Shown: in pieces, positions 59,465-64,000 of the stretch
Position numbering within the stretch: position 1 is the first letter of the stretch
Layout of the letters: every line of letters begins with the position of its first letter
Origin: Fibrobacteria bacterium
GTDB lineage: Bacteria; Fibrobacterota; Fibrobacteria; UBA11236
NCBI GenBank assembly: GCA_043745805.1
Contig: JAYTSD010000017.1
Span: 191,345 to 255,344 of the forward strand
Length of the DNA stretch: 64,000 nucleotides
Direction: 5' to 3'
The notes under the pieces: generated by a model
What the model was told of the DNA's origin: nothing
The model's input: only the letters and a program-made list of their open reading frames with translations
Database searches by the model: none
Program-made: the position numbers and the translations under genes

Positions 59465-60049
59465 CTAAACCCACCCCATCAAGAATTGCATCCACATATT
59501 TTTCAACTCTGGACTCACGCGTTTTGGATTGTTTGGCCGCGGAAAAATAAAGCAGATAGGCTCTTTGGCGTCCTGGCGTTAAAGCTTCAAAGGCGATTTT
59601 TAATCCAGGGATTGTATTTAATTTGCTGCGAAATTCTTCCGCCAATTTGAATTCGGTCGGTTTTTTTAATTGCACTTTCGCACCGGATTTTTCCACTTCA
59701 ATGGCTTGCTGAATATAGGCTTTCATGACAGCTTTCAACTTGACTATATCCCTTACTGCAGTGAAACGAATTTGGCGCGCTGCCTGCACATTTTCGGTTT
59801 GCTGAATGAGAATATTTTTGGGATCCTTTAACAAAGCCCCTTTGAAAAATAAAAATGCGCAGTACTCTTTAAAGCCATGAATTAACACGATATTATTTTT
59901 CTGAAAGGTGTAACAAGGATTACCCCATTTCAATTCTTCATTCAGTGAACATTCGAGAGCGATCTCGCGCATTTTTACAAACTCTTTTTGCCACTTTTGG
60001 CCTTAGTGAAATACCAATCGACCTGAGGATTCATTTTACTTTTTGCCAT
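59457..60049 (-). pseudogene. YdeI/OmpD-associated (DUF1801 + OmdA) gene with an N-terminal frameshift
   Basis: ATG 60049 with GGAGG RBS gives MAKSKMNPQVDWYFTKAK. One A is missing at 59995-59998, then the frame reads WQKEFVKMREIALEC...EELKWG...LTPGRQRAY. Confidence 0.75.
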
Positions 60050-60105
60050 ATTCAAACCTCCAAAACTCGTGAAATAAGTGTAGATAATTTAACCCTATAA
60101 AAACA

Positions 60106-60121
60106 TGTGATCGCGCTCACC
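60106..60121. promoter_or_regulatory. CRP/FNR-family-like box between divergent genes
   Basis: TGTGA-TCGCGC-TCACC, 9/10 match to TGTGA-N6-TCACA. Confidence 0.35.
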
Positions 60122-60176
60122 GAAATCTCCAGAAATCTTGCTAGTTTTGTTAAACAAACCATTTCCAGGGGTTAAT

Positions 60177-61013
60177 ATGAAAAAATCCTTTTTCCCTCTC
60201 ATTATTATCGCCGTCCTTTCCGTAATCTCTGCATTTTCAGAGCCAATCTATTATACCTTCACAGGTACAATCAGTTTTTTACCTCAGGATATGGGTGGTT
60301 ATGCGGCGACACATAATATACGCGTGGGAAATACTGTTACCTATATTTTCGCAGTGGACACAGCCCAAATGGGTTTCACTAAATATCAAGGCGCAAAAAC
60401 CAATAAACCGGACTCCCTTAATGAGGGCACGGGGTATCGCGCTGATTACTTTTTCGATTCCCTAATTACGCCCTCGCTCTTTTCCGCTGCGGTAACCGAT
60501 AATAATTCTGGCTCCTATTTTGGATATCATATTTCTTCCAAACTGGGAACCTTAATCCGCAACTCAGCCGCATTGCAAACTATCATCGGCGATGGGAATC
60601 GTTATACACAAATCATTGTCAGCATCCCCAATTCAACTTCTGCTGTTTTTCTCCCCGTGGTTGGAACATCTTTTTCCGTTACTGAAGCCTATGCCAATGG
60701 TTCCACTGCAGCGTCTTCGGCATCTATGACTATGACTTTAACGGCAATTAGCAATACCAAACCTTCCGTAGGAATTCATTCGCAGCACACAGTTTCTTCA
60801 CAGGCTTGGATGCAAGCAAATCTTGCTGGAGATTTCTTGGTCCTACAAAATCGATCTGGTTATAAAGCGCAAGCGAAAATTTTTGACGTTTCCGGAAAAA
60901 CTAGTATTTCTCTTACTTTAAATGGAAAGACTTATATCCCAGTATCTACCTTACCCCATGGATTATTTTTTCTCAAGGCCGCAACGGAAAAATTAAATAA
61001 AACCATGTTATAA
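60177..61013 (+). CDS. Secreted beta-rich hypothetical protein with a T9SS-like C-terminal domain
   Basis: Signal peptide from ATG 60177; tail 'KIFDVSGK...PVSTLPHGLFFLK'. Confidence 0.7.
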   Translation: MKKSFFPLIIIAVLSVISAFSEPIYYTFTGTISFLPQDMGGYAATHNIRVGNTVTYIFAVDTAQMGFTKYQGAKTNKPDSLNEGTGYRADYFFDSLITPSLFSAAVTDNNSGSYFGYHISSKLGTLIRNSAALQTIIGDGNRYTQIIVSIPNSTSAVFLPVVGTSFSVTEAYANGSTAASSASMTMTLTAISNTKPSVGIHSQHTVSSQAWMQANLAGDFLVLQNRSGYKAQAKIFDVSGKTSISLTLNGKTYIPVSTLPHGLFFLKAATEKLNKTML

Positions 61014-61120
61014 GCTTTTATGCATTGAAACAAAAATCAAAAAAAGGGTAAGGCTATTGTTTAAGATTACTTTGATATTAATGAATTTAATTACCTTATT
61101 TATTCAAAAAAGGACTCCCG

Positions 61121-61696
61121 GTGTTTACTAAATCGACATACCTCATCAAAGAGCAAGTTAGTTTTTTAAAATTACATGATACCTTTGATATTATTGATCC
61201 CGAAAATGGGCAAAAAATTGGCTATGCAAAAGAGACTATCAGTGTTTTTATAAAGTTATTACGCTTAGTTATTAACAAACGCATGCTTCCCACCAAGGTG
61301 GGTATCTTTTTTCAAGAGCAAGAAGTGCTAGTATTAGAAAAATCTGGGTTATTTATTCCTAAGGTTTTATTAAAAAAAGAAAATGAATTAATCGCCATTT
61401 TTAAAAGCAAATTATTTTCCATTGGCGGTGCGTTTTATGTGTATGACAAAGATGAAAGAGAAATAGCCACTCTCAAAGGTGATTGGAAGGGCTGGAATTT
61501 TATTTTGAAAAACAAGGAAGGCTTAGAGCTTGGAAAGGTTACGAAGAAATGGGCGGGTATCGGTAAAGAACTTTTTACCTCAGCAGATAATTATGTCATT
61601 TCACTGAATGAGGAAGGGGCAAAGGACAAAACGCAAATAGGTATTTTGATATCCGCCGCTCTTTCCATCGACATTATTTTTAAAGAGAAAAAATGA
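61121..61696 (+). CDS. LURP-one/scramblase (Tubby-C-like) protein
   Basis: 'FSIGGAF', 'KGDWKGWNF', 'KKWAGIGKELFTSADNYVI', 'AALSID'. Confidence 0.8.
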   Translation: MFTKSTYLIKEQVSFLKLHDTFDIIDPENGQKIGYAKETISVFIKLLRLVINKRMLPTKVGIFFQEQEVLVLEKSGLFIPKVLLKKENELIAIFKSKLFSIGGAFYVYDKDEREIATLKGDWKGWNFILKNKEGLELGKVTKKWAGIGKELFTSADNYVISLNEEGAKDKTQIGILISAALSIDIIFKEKK

Positions 61697-62703
61697 TAAA
61701 AATGAAAATACTTTTATTCCTACTCCTAAGCGCACTATTCGCTTATTCGGATACGGCACTTGAATGGCCCGGCACAGGTAACTTGCGGCGCATGCTTTAT
61801 TGGCATAATCCCTTCCCTATTTACGATGCCACGTATATATTCAAAGTTTATCCGCGCAAAAAAATAGTCGGTGCTGCGGCCGATGGTTCCAAATATTACA
61901 CTACTTTTTTTTGGGGCAATGATGGCACATTTATTTGGGATAATGGTAATGCAAATACTTATTATGGTGCGCATCCTTATCCAGTCCCAGCGCCTACGGG
62001 TCCAGGCCAATGGGAAACTTCCGTGTATAGTAGTGATTATACTACTGGCCAAGAAGTACAGTGGGGCCGCTGGCATACGCAAGTATTCCGCGCTTGGCGC
62101 GAGTCGGCTTCCATAACGCATCAAGAATTTTATTTTGATTGGCCCGATACCACCAAGGTGATCAAAACTTCTGAAGTAGATGCGCATTGGGCTTCGATTA
62201 ATCCTCCAGTGCCGGCCATTGTCGTTGGCCAAAGTCCTGACTTGAATGGCGCATCTTGGGGCGGTTATGGCGGTTGGGAGGAATTCAATGGCATGATTCG
62301 CGGCATGCAGTTTTATTCCGGGTTACTTTCACTTGCGGATGTCAAAGCCGAAATTGCCACACCCAAATCCAGCACCAGTGGATCCGCCAAAATCTGGTAT
62401 TTCAACATTAATCCTACCCCTACTGATGTTTTGGATAAAAGCGGCAAAGGGCATCATGGATCATGGGATGGAAAAGATAGACCGGATTTATGGACTGATG
62501 GCAAACCTTTGGCGATTAAAAAGACAGCCCGGACCGCAAAGGTGTTATGCGATTTACCCAAAAGTTTTTATGATGGGCATCGGATAAATTTTACGAAACC
62601 GCTGCAAATAGGACCCAATATTTTTGATTTAAAAGGAAAGAAAATGGGGAGCGATTTAAACAACAATCAACCCATAATTGACAAGCTTGACAAAACCAAG
62701 TAA
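61693..62703 (+). CDS. Secreted Trp/Tyr-rich protein, LamG/concanavalin-like
   Basis: Signal peptide; 'FNGMIRGMQFYSGLLS..V' and 'VLDKSGKGHHG' resemble LamG; tail 'IFDLKGKK'. Confidence 0.6.
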   Translation: MIKMKILLFLLLSALFAYSDTALEWPGTGNLRRMLYWHNPFPIYDATYIFKVYPRKKIVGAAADGSKYYTTFFWGNDGTFIWDNGNANTYYGAHPYPVPAPTGPGQWETSVYSSDYTTGQEVQWGRWHTQVFRAWRESASITHQEFYFDWPDTTKVIKTSEVDAHWASINPPVPAIVVGQSPDLNGASWGGYGGWEEFNGMIRGMQFYSGLLSLADVKAEIATPKSSTSGSAKIWYFNINPTPTDVLDKSGKGHHGSWDGKDRPDLWTDGKPLAIKKTARTAKVLCDLPKSFYDGHRINFTKPLQIGPNIFDLKGKKMGSDLNNNQPIIDKLDKTK

Positions 62704-62776
62704 ACAAAATGACTAGAATGACTCGGTTATATTCTGCATGCTGTTTGGCAACTTCAAGAAGCGAAAAACAGTTTAT

Positions 62777-63433
62777 ATGATTCGTGTCCAAAGCCTCTCC
62801 TATACCTATTCCCAAGCCCAAACACCAGCTTTGCAAAGCATAAATTTTCAACTAATCAAAGGTGAAATACTTGGAATCACTGGACGCCAAGGCTCTGGGA
62901 AGTCAACTTTGTTACGTATCTTGGCGGGAAATATCCGTAACTATTCCGGAACTGTTTTTTATCGTGATAAAGATTATTTGAATTGGAGTCGAGATTTTTA
63001 TGAAAGCGTGGCCGTTTCCTTTGCTAAGCCAGGTTTATTTCCGAAGCTAACTGTGCTAGAAAATCTCCAAACCTTTGCTGGGTTGTATCAAAATAAAGAC
63101 ATTGCCCTAAAAAACATTCCTCTTTTATTAGAAAAATTGAATTTAAATAAATCCATAAAAAAAAGAATACAAGAACTCTCCCCCAATTTACAAAAGCTTG
63201 TTGATATTGTTAGAGTTTTACTCCCAAATCCTACCTGTGCATTTTTAGAGGAACCCTTTATGGGTCAACATGAAATCGATATTGGGTTAATACAAAATAT
63301 TTTGCGACAGCAAAAAATTATGGGAAACAGTGTGGTTATCTCCACTTTAAATTCAGTTAATTTTCAAGACCTATGCGATCGCTGGATTATTCTGGAGCAA
63401 GGTCACATTGCCGGTACGGGCGAAAATAAATGA
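62777..63433 (+). CDS. ABC ATP-binding protein with degenerate catalytic motifs
   Basis: Walker A GRQGSGKST is intact; signature reads LSPNLQK, Walker B reads FLEEP, and the H-loop reads ISTLN. Confidence 0.7.
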   Translation: MIRVQSLSYTYSQAQTPALQSINFQLIKGEILGITGRQGSGKSTLLRILAGNIRNYSGTVFYRDKDYLNWSRDFYESVAVSFAKPGLFPKLTVLENLQTFAGLYQNKDIALKNIPLLLEKLNLNKSIKKRIQELSPNLQKLVDIVRVLLPNPTCAFLEEPFMGQHEIDIGLIQNILRQQKIMGNSVVISTLNSVNFQDLCDRWIILEQGHIAGTGENK

Positions 63434-63906
63434 AACGCTTAGCAGGAAGTGTAATACGAGATTTTCGCGTACAGCTACGCAGTGGTTACCCGTGGATAAA
63501 TATTACTATAACCTTATTTATTGTTTTATTGATTAAGTATTTTATTCCGGTTAATTTTCTTAACCTGCTTCCTGTCATAGCATTAACTTTTTCCTTATTT
63601 ACCACATTACCATTTTTATTATTGCAGATACATGATGAAATTCGGAATGAGAGTTTCGCTTTATTGGACATTACACCTTTGCGACCCCATGAATATATAG
63701 TTTCCAAGGCTATTAGCCTTTTTCTATCGTCACTTTTGTGTAATATAAGTTTAGGATTTATTATGCTTTGGTCGAATTTTAATTTAAACGGAATAAACCG
63801 CGCATTAGGTATTAAGGTTTTATGCTTAGGAATCAGCGGTTATGCGATATTTGGGATCATTTGTTTGATTTACTGCCGAACCGTTTTTTCGCGATTACGC
63901 GATTAA
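63430..63906 (+). CDS. Short ABC-2 permease-like membrane protein (fluoroquinolone-export type), possibly truncated
   Basis: 'MKRL...DFRVQLRSG' and 'ITPLRPHEYIVSKAISL'; only 158 aa; ATGA overlap with the upstream gene. Confidence 0.55.
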   Translation: MKRLAGSVIRDFRVQLRSGYPWINITITLFIVLLIKYFIPVNFLNLLPVIALTFSLFTTLPFLLLQIHDEIRNESFALLDITPLRPHEYIVSKAISLFLSSLLCNISLGFIMLWSNFNLNGINRALGIKVLCLGISGYAIFGIICLIYCRTVFSRLRD

Positions 63907-64000
63907 TTGACGGGGAGCCTGGTTGGCTTAAACGATGAACTATTATTTCTCTATTATGATATTTCTTTTTCATTTTGTCTGTTTCTTCGCCCATGATTAA

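Overview
A gene-dense, AT-rich bacterial chromosomal window. Secreted proteins with T9SS/FlgD-Ig-like tails, a PorV-family gene, a long IspG and GTP-PEPCK suggest an FCB-group organism, possibly Fibrobacterota; this is inference only. Housekeeping genes include tadA, rdgB, leuS, trmH, fabF, an M16 protease pair, an XPB helicase, ispG, pckG and rmuC. Three accessory regions stand out. (1) At 14-28 kb is a self-contained sigma54 module. A membrane Ser/Thr kinase, an FHA-GAF enhancer-binding protein (bEBP), a TPR lipoprotein and secreted proteins form one unit, and a ~1430-aa CBM9-like/Ig/ZU5-like surface protein with its own PorV-family gene forms the other. Both units start from near-identical -24/-12 promoters, each with two 18-bp TGGGGT-N6-ACCCCA-like palindromes at conserved spacing. 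(2) At 49.5-58 kb is a guanidine carboxylase operon (ABC transporter, cgdA/B, carboxylase) with a sigma54 promoter, no room for a riboswitch and no allophanate hydrolase. (3) At 58-64 kb is a decaying patch with toxin-antitoxin remnants, a frameshifted YdeI gene and a degenerate ABC exporter. No rRNA, tRNA, CRISPR array or intact transposase was seen.
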